A DNA stretch of 64,000 nucleotides from Amoebophrya sp. A120 (Eukaryota > Protista > Dinoflagellata), in the NCBI GenBank assembly GCA_905178155.1, contig CAJINV010000002.1, positions 3,238,515-3,302,514 on the forward strand, read 5' to 3'. Below are positions 26,397 to 39,800 of this stretch, one piece after another (position 1 is the stretch's first letter; the number at the start of each line of letters is the position of its first letter). The position numbers and the translations under genes are program-made. The notes beneath the pieces are model-generated. The model worked only from the letters and a program-made list of their open reading frames with translations, was not told the origin of the DNA and did no database searches.

Positions 26397-27583
26397 ATGG
26401 CGAAGAAGCAGCTGCAGCCGCGCACTGAGGACCGCACCGTCCACGTGCACAAGCTGGTCTACAAGGTCCAGTTTAAGAAGCGCGCCAAGCGGGCTATCTC
26501 GGAAATCAAGAAGATGGCGACCAAGTGCATGGGCACCTCCGATGTCCGCATCGACACCAAGCTGAACAAGCACATCTGGAACAAGGGTATTTATATACTT
26601 TTGTTTTTGTTCCTTTTCATTCTGCATGTACACTTGCTTGATCGCGCACGACAGATTTAGATTTTATTGCTTGATTGCGCATGACAGAGTTAGATTTTAC
26701 ACTACTCGCGGGTTGCTGGGTCGTGCCATAATTCTTGAGAGCTGTGCAGTCTTTGAAGATGAGAGCCGCTGAGAGTAGTTGTTGTGATATTTTTTGCTCT
26801 TCGGTACTTCGTGCAGCATGCTGTCATGATGAGACACAATCGATAACAGAAATCCAACGCTGAGGCGCCATTTTGGTGCTGATGCGGATTTCGAATTTTG
26901 AGCTTTTTAACCCTGACTTTCACATGTTGTATTGCGTGAGCAGCAAGAGGACAAACGCCAGCGACCCGGGAGCCTGTGCGTGACAAATTTGTGCATCTGC
27001 TGTAGTACTGGTGTTGGCCCTTCGAAATTTGTCATGCAAACAGTGCCACATAGCAGCGGCTGGATTTGGGGTTTTGCATGACAAATGAGGGGGAGGGGGC
27101 ATTGTGCACTGTCATAACCAAACATGATGAGACACAATCGACTAAACAGAAATCCAACGCTGAAGCGCCATTTCGGTGCTGATGCGGATTTCGAATTTTG
27201 AGCTTTTTAACCCTGATCAACACATGCTGTTAGCATGTCATGTCTTGAGCAGGAATTATAGAGCGAACAGGAGTGGTTCAAGTAGAAAGCAACAACTCTT
27301 GAGGCGGCATTACAAAGAACCGACTACCTGTAACCTTCGAGTGCGAAAAAAATGCATGACAAAACCGCTTTCTGATGCGTGAACTGCATTTCACCAACCT
27401 CCGCAATCGATTATTTGGAATTCCACAGGTATCCGCAACTTGCCGCGTCGCGTTCGCGTGCGATTGTCCCGCAAGCGTAACGAAGACGAGGACGCTAAGG
27501 AAAAGATGTACACTTTGGTGCAGCACGTACCGGTTGACACCTTCAAGCGCTTGGAGACCGAGGCCGTCGGCGATGATGCCTAA
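26397..27583 (+). CDS. RPL31: 60S ribosomal protein L31 (eL31), exons 26397-26586 and 27429-27583
   Basis: Spliced 114 aa: ...[14 protein letters not shown]...[46 protein letters not shown], typical eL31. Confidence 0.97.
26826..26916 (+). ncRNA. Intronic box C/D snoRNA copy 1 (U36/snR47-like 18S guide)
   Basis: Box C ATGATGA 26826, D' CTGA 26860, hairpin, C' TGATG, D CTGA 26913. GAGCTTTTTAAC is antisense to the conserved 18S GTTAAAAAGCTC; ACAGAAATCCAAC is antisense to GTTGGATTTCTG. Confidence 0.85.
26927..27116. mobile_element. 5'-truncated family C element inside the RPL31 intron
   Basis: Right TIR GTGCACTGTCATA and body match 8824-9050; left TIR and DR missing. Confidence 0.8.
27124..27216 (+). 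ncRNA. Intronic box C/D snoRNA copy 2
   Basis: Near-identical to copy 1 with boxes and both guides intact (C 27124, D' 27160, D 27213). Confidence 0.85.
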
Positions 27584-28492
27584 GTAGCTACTTCGAGAAA
27601 GTAGCGGACTTTCAGCTTGTTGAGGGGTTGAAATTGTACTAAGTACTAGTAGGTACCTGTGTTAAAAGAAGATAACAAGACTGTTGTCGGTCATCGCACT
27701 TTCTGAATCTGCTCGAGTGTCTTCTGCTGTCTGCGGACTTCTATATGTGTCGTCGTTCGCGCACGACGCGTGACAGATCGCGTGCACAGTGAAGAATAAC
27801 TCGACTCACATTGAACATTTTATGACCAAATGGACAACATGCGCGTGACTCTGTGGTGACTTCGGAATTCAAAAAAAAGAAAGAGAGCTTTGTTGCAGTG
27901 CGAGCTTAGTGATGGGTCGCAGACTTGTGCAATTCAGGCGCAGGGGACATGTGTTCGTGATCTGTGGATGTCGGTTGCCGTTGCCTTTCCGAAATGGGCG
28001 CGCGAAGATCTCAAATTTTAATTTCTACATAAACGGATATTGTCACCACGAACTTCGTATCATGCCCAAATCGCATGCTTTTTGACGTCGTCATCCTCAC
28101 CAAAATCGCCTTATCAGTTCGTCTCCAAAAACAAATCTGGACCTTGTGCTTCTAGCTAAATCTGGGCGTCGCGCCGGAGGTTTTTGGTTATCTTCGTTCA
28201 GAATGTTGCCTTCACTTTCCAAAACCTTCTGTACTTCCATTTTCTTATCGCAGCTGAGAGATTGAAATAAAGTAGTTTCACAACGTCCTCAGGAGGACGA
28301 CTCTTTCTCTTCTCGAGTGATAACTCCTCGTACCAGAATAATCCCACTTCCCATTTTGTCACCAAAACTACATGTGTATTGAAAAAAGGTAAAGATGATA
28401 AGGTATTTCGTACCATCAACCACTCGATGGTATTGGCAGTAGGTTCATCTCCCGACAACTAGCGACACGTCAGCTAATCCCTAAAAAAAACC

Positions 28493-30109
28493 ATGACGCT
28501 CCAGCTGACTAAGCACTGGGCCTGCTACCCGCAGGACCAGTATGACACCAAGGTGAAAGCGACGCAGAACCAGGCCATGATGTTTAACCACAGATTAGCC
28601 GCCCAGCAGCGGGCGAAAAAGCTTTTCGGGAAATATAAGCGGGAAGGGATGCAGAAATCCTTTGCGTGCGTTCTAATGTGTTTCAACGCGGAGGGCCATC
28701 CTTGCTTGATTTTGAAGAAGAAAAATGATGGGCGCTTGAAGTTGGTCGGGGGGAAGATAAAAGTCGGCGAGTCCACGGTCGAAAAAGCACTGTACAGAAA
28801 AATGAAAGACATCGTCTTCGGCGGCCCAACGAGCTGCCAGATGGGGGAATTGCTCAGTGTCTGGTATTACAATGATTTAGTACGGTTGATGATATTTTGA
28901 TCCGTTCTGTAAATGCTGCTATAACTATTCTTTCGCGAAATGTTCATGTTGATAAAGGAGCTCCTTTTATTGAGCACGAAATGATCTGAAAACGCAAAAC
29001 TTCGTACTATACGGTCGGCGGCGGGTTGGTGGCTTCTCTTGTAGAAGTTGGCCCTTATACCTGTCCTCCTCTATCCCAATGGTACTAGAGCAAGTTACAA
29101 TGAGATCCTTATATGCTCGGAGTGTGTCCTAGCCGTATCGCTTCTAGGCGCTTTCGTGGCTTCGATTATGCTCAGCTCCTATCCAAAAAGAAGGGCGTCG
29201 AGTGTCTCATACAAGTGGCAAGATCAGATGAACACTGCTTTGATGCTACAAGATTTTAATTCCCAACATATGCAATGTGTGCGAATACAAATTTTATAGT
29301 CTATCTCTATGCAACACAAATCTGCAGGTACCGTCCGAATTTTGATGAGCTTCTTCTGCCCTACCTCCCGCTGCACGAAAACCGACCAAAGGAGCGCGTA
29401 GAGGTGTTATCCTGAGTAAAAACGTACCCACACCATAGTTGTCATGCGACTCTGCATGCTTAAAATGTTTCTCATGCGGAGCCCCATGAGAAGCATTTTC
29501 TAATGCGGTATTGAAATTTGTCATGCTCCAATCAGCACGAGATACTAGATCTGTAATGTTGCTGAACTAGCTCAAACAGCACTACACTACGCGGACAAAC
29601 TTGTCATGCCAAACAACCAAAGCTGGCTGATTTGTCTAGCAGATTCCCCATCCTGACTCTGGTGTGGGTACGTTTTTACTCAGGATAGGTGTACCAAGTT
29701 GTTCTTCCCGAGAAGTGCATACTACAAACCGGGTCGCCATTATGGAGAGAAAAAAGTTTATCACAGTCACTAATTTGCAGGGTTTGCATTACAAATTTTC
29801 TTAGCATCACAAATTTTCCTTGTATTGCAGAAACACTAGGGAAATCCCTGATAAAGTTTGGCTGCGATGCATTTTTACGCATGACAAACAGTTCTGTATT
29901 GCAAAAATGCGCATGAGTGATCGTGACGAACTTTTTTTGTTTGATAGCCATTGGAGGTGGTACCTTTGCACGAGTTGTCGCTGTTGCACAACGAGTGTCC
30001 GATTTTGGCAAGTCTTCCCGCGGCAATATCAAGGTTTGCTTTGAATCGGATGGAGAAAGATACGGAAGCCGCCAGTGGGCTTCCACCCGGGGCGGGGGCG
30101 GCAACGTAG
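28493..30109 (+). CDS. NUDT21: Cleavage factor Im 25 kDa subunit (CPSF5/NUDT21-like), 218 aa, 4 exons
   Basis: EGMQKSFACVL...HPCLIL...KLVGGKIKVGE...GELLSVWYRPNFDELLLPYLPLHENRPKE...PLHEL...ILASLPAAISRF matches CFIm25. One GT-AG intron and 2 introners removed gives 219 codons. Confidence 0.9.
28864..29327 (+). other. Canonical GT-AG intron of CFIm25
   Basis: TG|gtatta...ctgcag|G TAC gives the conserved WYRPNF. Confidence 0.9.
29408..29687. mobile_element. Introner, family F
   Basis: TIR TATCCTGAGTAAAAACGTACCCACACCA; DR GGTGT. Confidence 0.95.
29741..29946. mobile_element. Introner, family O
   Basis: DR GCCAT. Confidence 0.85.
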
Positions 30110-30853
30110 AAGAATTTCGAGCGACAGTTCTGTCGAGGAGGTTGAGCCTTTTGTTCCCTTCTTGTGTGATTTTCTTTCGCGACGCGCAGAGTGCGGATGA
30201 AAATGAACGAGCGAAAAAGAACGAATATCAAAGTGTATCAGTTTCATGGAAAAGAGACATACAAAACAAAGTAGCACAGATGAGGCCATTCTCTCTGGAT
30301 GCAAATAAGGCAACATGTTGACTATAGTTCCCCGAGGATGAAGATTCGTGTTCTCTGATGCGGCGACAGCAGCGCAGTTGCAATTTCGAAGAAGGTTTTA
30401 TGTTCTTCCACGTATGATCGTTGTCAGTTTTACGCCAGTTCGTCGACACCGCAGGATCATTTTCATCAGTCACAGTTTCTGTGCTCTGGATGAGCATTTC
30501 GTCGCGATGTCGTGGACAGACGAGTCAACTTTCATTCAACAGGGTGAGAACCTGTTGGTGCAGCCGCTTGTTTCGTATGAAAATCTACAATTTCAACAGT
30601 CTCACGGAACTTTATTTACAGTGGCACAGTTTCTTCTTTTTTGGTACGCACAGAACGACTGAGACTTTTTGAACACAAGTGTTTACCTATTTTTTTGGTT
30701 GCGCGACAAAAAAATCTTTTCCCGAGAAAAGACGGCACGGGAGATCATCGTCAACTACTTCATCGCATTTCTATCCGCCCAAAAACTCTTTTCTTTTCAC
30801 GGCAAAAAGTTTGTCTTCTACTTAACCCCCGGTTTTTTGGAAAAAGTTTGATA

Positions 30854-33800
30854 ATGTCCGCCATGTCTACTACTAGTCGGAAAACTCGGTCCCTTCTCAC
30901 CGCCACAAGCGCGAGTGCTTTCACGGTTCGGACGGCGACGTGGTTTCTCGCAACTTCATCTTCATCTTCTCTGAGTAGCAGCTTCAACGGTAGTACTGGG
31001 AGTGCTGCATCAAGAACCGGACAGCACGACATGATATCTTTTGCGGCAGCAGCTGCCGCAGCCGCTGCTGCTGCTTCTTCAACAAGCGGTGCTGCAGCTA
31101 GCGCTGGCAGTCGAGCCCCGATCTACACTTCGACCGGCTCTTCGTCCGCGTCTAGCATCGGCGGGGGAGGTGCTGTACAACCTGGGCGGAAAAAATGGCG
31201 AAAGAGAGGCGGTCGGGGCAATGGGAACAGCGACCGGGGAAGGTCCGCTTCAGTAACTGGGTCAGACGCTGGAGGCGCGGGTGGAGGTCAAACCGCTGGT
31301 GTTCTTGCTGCATCCTCTGCATCACCAGTTTCCCATGCCGACGGGGATGATGGCTGGGGCAGCAAGAATTATCATGCTGCTCCCTACAACTACGCGGACA
31401 CGACACCTGCGAGGCCCCCACACGAGATGAAACAACAACGAAATAAACCACCCAAACGGGGGACCGACTTCTGGGGGTGGTGGGCGCCAACCGAGCAACA
31501 GGCAGCGACGGCGCAAGGCAGTAGTAAACAACAGCAAATGTTGCGCAATACTGCTGGTCTGACCTGGACTCCTAGCCTGCAGTCAACGAGGAATCATACG
31601 CACAACTCTTCCGAACAAGTTTCAAAAAAGCAACCAGACGGCAGTTCGGGATCGGGTCACAAAGGCATTGAAGTCGCACTAGAACATCAACAAGCAGGTC
31701 GTGGTACTACTTCTGTTTCACAGACGTCGCCAAAGACAAGTGCAACAACTGATCTATTCGAGTCACCCAGCGCCGGCACGCTAGCTCCGCAGAACAGCTG
31801 GCGAAGCGAGCAGTCGCTGTCGGCCTCGAGCTTGCCAACCGGCTCGTTTTTAGAGGCGGCAAGCGCGGCACCCACGTTTGAGCACTTCCCGGCAGCTGGT
31901 GTACCGTACCCAAACCTCCATTGCGACGTGCGGTGGTCGCGCCAAGTTTCTGTTGCGAGTCAGCAAGAAAGCCTGCCGGACTCGGTGACCGATGGAGGTA
32001 CTACAGCAGCCGCAGGCGCTATGGGAATGTCAGGATCGAAATCGACAAAATCGAAAAATTTGTGATGCATAAACTCGATGCCAGTTGGAGCCCAGTTTTC
32101 AAGTGGTGCATGACAGATTTTGGCGGTACCTAAATCCAGTTTGTCGTGCTGTTTAGTCAAAGAAGACTGCTCCTGTCGTGCTACTCTGGCAGCGCATTGC
32201 ATACCCCTAGCCAGGCTTACAATCGGTCTCATTTGCCTGCTCCCCAATACAGGTCTCCAGTGCCCTACATTTTATGCATCACAAATTTTTCGATTTTGTC
32301 GATTTCGATCCTGACACTCCCATAGGCGCGGCGAGAACCTCATCTGCCGGTGCCGCACCGCAAGCCCAACAAGCCCTCCAACATCCGCTGCCTTACCACT
32401 GCCAACCGACCGAAAGTGGCACGACAAATCTCGGATCTTCTCTCCGGCAGTACCCCATCTACACACATCTGTCGATGGAGCAGCGGCTTGGAACTCAAGC
32501 TGCGCGTACTTCTACTGGAGCCGGAGCAGTAGGAGATGAACAAGTACCTGTCACTCCATCAAGAAGCGGCCCGGTCGGTGTAGTTTCTTCTATCTCACCA
32601 GGCACACCGACAAATTCTTTCCTTCTCCCCGGCGGCTCAAAACCCGGGACACCGAGTGGGAAACCGCCGCCTCCCCCGATTTTGCCACCCGAGTGTCTAC
32701 CTCGGCTAAATAATCCGGGGGGCGTGGTTATCAAATGCAAAAATGTCTGGGTCTGGAAGGATGCAAGGTTTGTCATGCACATTTTGCATGACTCCTGATG
32801 TCTGCGATGCATGCCCTAGCATCACAGATCTTGTGAGGGCTTTCTGATGCCTATACTGCATGAGAAATGCCCTCTCGCCGTGGCCAAAACCAGACCTCTT
32901 TTGCTGTTCATGCAATACAGATTTTTGGATAATGCAGACGCAGCATCACAAGTTGCATTCTTCCAGACCCAGACATTTTTACATTTGATAGTGGTGCACA
33001 ACACTGGTGCAGCGCCCACGACTCCGGCGTACGTAGATGGAAGTAGCGGTGCTGGTGGGGGTGTTCTTCCTTCTGCAGAGGCCAGCGCAAGAACTACACA
33101 CGACGAACTACAGCAGGAACAACAACCTGTGCCGATTGTGGTTACCACGCCTCCAACTTCGAATGCAGGAGCAGGAGGTAGTAGTTCAAGTTCTTCGCAA
33201 CAGCAGCAGCAGGGACAGGTTTTCACAACAAAATCAGGTCACCGAATCCGAGTCGGCGCTCCTGCACCAGCTGCACACAGTCTACCACAGGCTACAAGTT
33301 CCAGTGGCACTTCTGCGGGAAATAAGGATCAGGATCCTGGTGCTGACGCTGAGGTGCGTACACAGCGCCAGGCACTAGACCAGTGGTGGTTGCAGCAACG
33401 GCGAGCCGGATTATATTCCCAGCAACCTAGGCTCGTGGCAAATCTGGATCTGTCTAGCATGCTAATGTCCACAAAGCCCCCCGAAGAGTTGCAACAGAAT
33501 GGACCGTCGACCACCAGTACAACTAGCGAACAAACCGCGGGACGAGCTCATCTTTCGCAGCAAACAGGAGCTTCCACGCATGACGACACGCAGAATTATG
33601 CGCATTCTCAAATTGCGCATCATTCCTACGATTGGACACGAGAGGACGTGCCCCGTCGTGTTGAAGATCTCAGCAAAGCGTTACGAAACACCAGAAGAGA
33701 TGTCGCCGCTGCTTCCTCGAATGCGGCGTATGCAAACGCGACTGGAACTGCTCAAGAAGGTGGCCACAGTAGCTACTACAAGAACCAGCAACAGGGTGTA

Positions 33801-36800
33801 GCACGTGGGTTTTATCAGGGGAAAGGCATTGTAGGTTCTTCACAGCAGCAGCAGATGCCGACAACCAGCATCGCCAGCGGAAGTGGCACTACAACTCCGA
33901 TTAACAACATAGCCGCTGTTGACATGTCCACGGGGGCGTACGTCAACGCCGTTCCGTACAACGGGCAACAGCAGTCCGTTTTGGATCTCATGACGCAGCA
34001 ACAAATGTTTACCATGCAGCAACAGCAAATGCTGCAGATGCAGCAACAGCAACAAGCCGCGTTGGGTGCTGGAGCCGCGACTGCCACTACTTCTACCGGA
34101 ATGGCTGGTGGAGGTGCTGCTGCTGCTTCCTCTTCTTCTACGTACGTAGGTGCACCCTACGCTAATCCGCAGGTGGCTGTAGTCCCGATGCCAGCAGTTG
34201 TACAACACCATGATCTTGCGGGGGCTAGTACAACAGCTGCGAGCCCGCCTTATCATGGAGCTTACTACGCAGGAGTTCCTGCACCTTCAGTTGCAAGCCC
34301 TCAACATCAAAATGGAACTGCTCCGTTTGTAATGCTACCAACACATCATCATCAGCACTTCTACGCGCTCAGCAACAGTGGCGGAGGTTCCACGACGAAC
34401 GCGGCAGGATCTAGTCCACATGACCACCGGTTCCATTTCGGCGAATCAGAATACGATGAGAATGAGTTTGACGATGAGACGAGAGCGCGGGAACGGTTGG
34501 CGGAAGTGGAAGGGGGCGAGGATGGTTTGGTCGAACCAGATGCAGCAGAACCAGGAACTGTTGGTGCTGCTAAAGAAGCTGCGGCTGGTCGTCCATCCCA
34601 GGAACAAGACGAAGAAGCGCCACAACAAAATCAATCAGACGACATCGAAATCGTGGATGGACTTCAGGGAGCGGACTATGGCGGTTCACGACCAGCAGAC
34701 TCGTCATCGGGCTCATCCTCCTCGTCCTCATCCGGCCCAGAAGCTGAAGGCGATCCGCCTCCGTTTCCGTATCAGCCAGACTCGTATTTCTCCTCCTACA
34801 AAAGGCCCGAGGAAGTGTACCTCGATTTGATCGCTGACAGGGTGAAAAACCTTCCGCGCAGCAAGTCCGCGCCGCCAGGACTTTTTTCATCGAGACTTGT
34901 GGACGAGATGGAAACAGGTAGTTTTGCGAATGGTTTTGGTGGTAATGGTGTCTCTGGAGGAAGAGGGCCGGACCACGACCCGGATGGAGGTCATGATCCA
35001 CCGCCGGATGGCAGTACGGGGCCGAGTGGAGGAGGTGGCAGAACCACCAGCGGGGGCCCATCTTCATCTACATCTCGTCCCTCCCTCCGCCAAGCCAAAA
35101 CAGCGGATGAGCAGCTGTTACGGGAAAATCGGAGGACATCACATCAAGAGCGTGATCAGAAGCAACGTCGTATGCAATGTAAATTATTTCCTGGACATGT
35201 ACAAAATGCATGACAAATTTCGCTAACTTGCAGTGTCCAACTTGTCATGCTAGACTAGGACTGAAGGCAAGGTTTGTCATGCAGAGACTGCATTTGTACG
35301 TGTGCGGGGAATTTACTGTGGATAAGTTTAAGTCGTGGTGGTCCAAAGTGGTGGGAGGAAGAGGACGCACAGGAGTTTTGGGACGATGATGCTTCGAGTC
35401 GGTTGGAATTTAATTTTCAGCAGATGAACCACGGGGTTGAGCCGAACTGGTCTTGGCGCCAACAAGGGACTGCAAATAGTAATACCGGTTGGGTGGACAG
35501 CGGCGCGGGAACATCCACAAGAACCCCGTCTGTTTATCCTGCAGAACAACAGCAGCCGGCGCAAGTAGAAAGACAACTAGCACATCAAGCTTCTGCACTA
35601 CAATCCGGAGGTGGTGGCCGAAATGGTAATAAAGCCTCGAAGGGCAAAAAGCAGGCTGACCAGCAGCAGTGGCAGCCCCGGCAGTGGGCAGCGAGAGCGA
35701 CGGGGGATTACCACCAGCAACAAACAGAGTGGCCACCGGCGTCTTCTGTTGGCCGGGGTAGCGCTAGCGGTTCTGCTTGGTACAAAGACAGTAGTGGCGG
35801 ATATTCTTCGGCACACCACTGGTCCTCTTACCAAGGTGGATATGATGATCACTACACCTCAAGCTACAATTACGACTGGGATAAAGATTGGTGGCGAGGA
35901 TCCTCGTCCCATGACTCCCGCACAGCAGCAGGCAGCTCTTCCTGGGACTACAACAATAATCCGAAAAGCAACAACATTGGTCCGCCAACATCCCAGTCGT
36001 GGCAATCGCAATCCAGTTCGAGTGGGAAGCAACACGGACAATTATCCGATGAGGTTGAGCAAGCGCAGAGTGAACAGGCTGGAAATACAGCAGGCGCGGC
36101 GGGTGGTGCTGTTGGTTTTGAAAATGATCTGAGCAATGATGATGTTGTGGAGGACGACACAAACCCAGAGCTGCAAGACGGTGATCAGGCTGTTGCCGGA
36201 CAAGGCTCCTCCCCGTACGACCGAAAGCGGGACAAGAAGAAGGAGAAGGAAAAGCAGCGACAGCAAGCCCTGAAGGAACATAAGAAGACCAAGGAAGCTA
36301 TCAAATGTGAAAATGTCTGGGTCTGGAAGGATGTAACTTGTGATGCGCATTTCAGAACACACAAAAATCTCTGATGCATAGGCAGCAAAAGCTGCTCACT
36401 TTCTGTCACCAAAGTGGGGGACTTGCCATGCGGACTCGGCATTGCGGAAGCTTCTCGAAACCTGTGATGCTAGAGCTTCCACGCCAGACCTTCTGTGTCA
36501 TGCAGAAACAGCATGACTCTTCCAGACCCAGACATTTTTACATTTGATAGAAGCGGAGAAGTGGGCGCGAATGGAGGCGTTGGGACTGCTTTCCAAGATA
36601 ATTCCTGCCGCGGGTAGTGTAGTCGCAGGAGAAGATTCGGATGCAGCAGCGGTGAACAATCACAATGAAGGTGACAAACCTATGATTTTTCCCGATCCTG
36701 CTGGTGCTTCTAGCGGTCCAAGCTCTCTTATCACCAGCTTGCCGAGCGCGCTTGCAACTACTCGTCTTGAGGTGGGAGACACATCTTCACCGGCGCCCGA

Positions 36801-39800
36801 TATTAGCGAAGGCGGCGAACAACAAGAGCTGCAGGGGCCCGCGATAAACCTGCGCCAGAGTTTTGTTGCTACCGCGAGTCCGCCTGAAGTGCAAGCGCGA
36901 CCAAAAACAGATGAAACTTTGACAATGTCCTCGCCCGTAATTGCAGTTCTGGGTGAAGAGAACAGTTTAAATTTGATTGACGATCAGGACAGTGGCACAA
37001 ATGTTGCTGCAGGTAGTACCACTTCCAGCGCCGCGACTTCTTCCACCTCACAACAACCTTCCTTCTCCCCAAATGCAAATTCGAATGCAAATTCAAATCC
37101 AAGTTCGAAAAAGCAGAAATCGAAAAACAATTCCGGCGAAGCAAAACTCCTCGCGAAACTGATGCGGAAACCGAATTTGTTGATCAAGGCCTCCTCCCCG
37201 AAGGGAGGGCCGGCGGTTTCTACTTTAGACGTTCCGCCCGTCGTTTTGGAAGAGGCGGGTGAGGATCAGGACAATGAGCTTGAGCTTACCGGATTGGAAG
37301 ACGACAGAATGGAGGAGAACAAACAGCCTTCTGAAAAGTCCTTCATCGAGATCATGGGCTGGCCAGAAGACCCAAGAGGGTCCTCTTCGGCTGGATCAGG
37401 TCCGAACTCTGTCGGAAAAAACACCAGAACGCCGTCACCTACAGTTGAGGAAGAGCAAGAAGTTGACGAAAACGATGAAAGTTCTTTTGCGGACGCGGCT
37501 GCCTTCGTGCGGGCCGTTAGTGACGAAGCCACAAATCAATTTGCGAAGCTAGAAGACGGGATTCAAGAAGCGGAGTTTGTGCACGATGTTGACATGGCTT
37601 CCAGTAGTGCAGCCAGCGGTGCAAACCAAGAGCAGCAGTTCGGGACAGCGAGTTCTCCGAAAGAACAGGTTCTTGTTCCCGCATTCGCATCTTCCACGTC
37701 AACAAACCACTCTCGTTCCGCTTCTACTTCCACGACGGTTTCCGGTGTAGTTGAGCTGGGCACAACTTTGGGAATTAACATTGGGGGCGGGACAGGAATC
37801 GGAACTAGTACTTCTGGTGAAAGAAGTACTACTGTTGACGGCATCGCGCCAGTGCTTGACTTCAGCCGCGATTTTTGCAGTGCTGGGTCTACTACTTCAC
37901 AACCGCAAGAAGACCCGACAACAAATTCTTGCGGCGCTACAGGAGCGTCTACCGTAAACACCAGAGAATCGGATTTGTCTAGCGTCGACGGGGTAGCATC
38001 AAGTTCATGTCTACCGACCGGGAGGCGTTCCAGGATGCATTCTTCCTCCGCCACATCTTCCACTTCTGGTCTTGTCGATTGCCCCACACCTCCTCCACAA
38101 GGTGGTCATATATCACCACCACCAGGCGGCGAAAAATCGGAATCCACTCCCCAGATCGACCAAAAAAACGAGCTTTTCGCCATGCTGGAGCGCGCGAAGC
38201 AGAAAGAGGAGTTCCAAAAAGACCCTTCTTTCATGAACAAATTTACCGACCAAGCCATTTCCGGGATCGCAGATGACGTTTGGCGCGAAGCGCAGAAAAC
38301 CACGACGAGCTCCCGGGAAGTGGCGGAACAAGCGTCAAAGAAAGCGATCGACCATATCCTGTGCAAAAGTATCGCTTACTTGTATTGCAATCATGCGTCA
38401 CATTCACAAATCTTTCTCTTAGGGTAAATCAGAATTAAGTACAAATTTTGTTTCTCATGCTGAGAATGCGTTTTTTATACGAGTACGATACTTTTGCAAT
38501 GCATAGACCATTTAACCCAGCAACTCGCGAAAATGAATCTGGTGAAATCGCCTGGGGAATTCAAGGAGAGCATTCGAACCTCCGCGAACGATTTAACCAA
38601 GGCAGTGGAGGTATCAAATGCAAATATGTCTGGGTCTGGAAACTTGTGATGCTAAAGTGTGAATGATGGAAGCAATTCCGAACGCAGCCAAGCATGACAA
38701 CTTTCCAGAACGCTTTCTGATGCGCAGCTCGCATGAGAGACTGCGCGTTCGTATAGACAAAAGAGGCTGCGTATTTTGGTGGTCATGCAATACAAATTTT
38801 ACAGGAATGCGAGACCTGCATTACAAGTTCGAGATTTCCAGACCCAGACACGTTTGCAGTGCATAGGAGGAAGTAACCGCTTTAACCACCGAGTACTTCA
38901 AACAGTCACGGAAAGAGCACGAGACGCACATGGACCTGGAAGCGAATATGGCGTTCTCAGCTTTTACATTCCCAACCGTTACATGAATTTGTGATGCAAG
39001 AGTGGCGACAGTCAAAGAGGCAAGCTTGCTGCTTTCGCATCACAGATGTGGCACAGATTTAGATGCTGCTCAGCCTCTCGGAGAGGGAGATTTGTCATGC
39101 GAACCAGGTTGATCGCCAGGCGGCTTAAGGTAGTCTTACATGATAAATTCATGTAACGGTTGAGAATGTAACGTTTGAGAATGCCATAGCCAAAAAGCTG
39201 TTCGGGGAAGCTGGCACACAAACGGTGGCCGCGAAGCAATTGAAAGACGCATTGTTGTCTTTGGATGATGCGCACCACGAGAAATTGGAAAAAGCCGCGG
39301 ATAACACCCGTGAGTCCGTGGCATTGTTGTCCGAGATGGAGAAATTCGGGGGGGAAGCGGTGAAGGCGAAAATTGACAAAGAATTCGCCCGGGCGTTGAA
39401 AGTGGACGAATTGCTGCCGGGAGCGGATTATCAACTGCAAATGTCGTGTCTGGGTCTGGAAGAGTGGCAGACTTGTCATGCAGGTTTTCCATGACCCATA
39501 AGGTCTGGTATGTAAGACATAGCATGACAGATTCTGTATCTGTTTTAGTTCTATCATGCCTATCCTGCATGACGAGAAACTGCCTCACGATTAGGTCAAA
39601 AGAGGACAGCTCTTGGTAATCATGCAGCACAGATTTTTACAGGATTCAGATTCTGCATGACAAGTTGCTTTGTTCCAGACCCAGACACTTTTGCATTTGA
39701 TACGGACATTGCGGCCATGTTTGAGAAGGAACTGCTGAGTCAGGAAGATTATGCACGGCAAAAGGACCGCACTCGTACTCGTAGTACTATCCTATTCACT

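Larger units (their letters stand above)
26587..27428 (+). other. Canonical GT-AG intron of RPL31 hosting two snoRNAs
   Basis: AAG G|gtattt...ccacag|GT ATC gives the conserved KGIRN. Confidence 0.95.

Noticed and set aside
26865-26880. GCCATTTTGG resembling the dinoflagellate spliced leader
   Set aside because: Only a 10-nt match, lying in the snoRNA hairpin and altered in copy 2.
28887-28989. Possible C/D snoRNA in the CFIm25 intron
   Set aside because: TGATGA and CTGA are present, but I recognise no rRNA complementarity or terminal stem.
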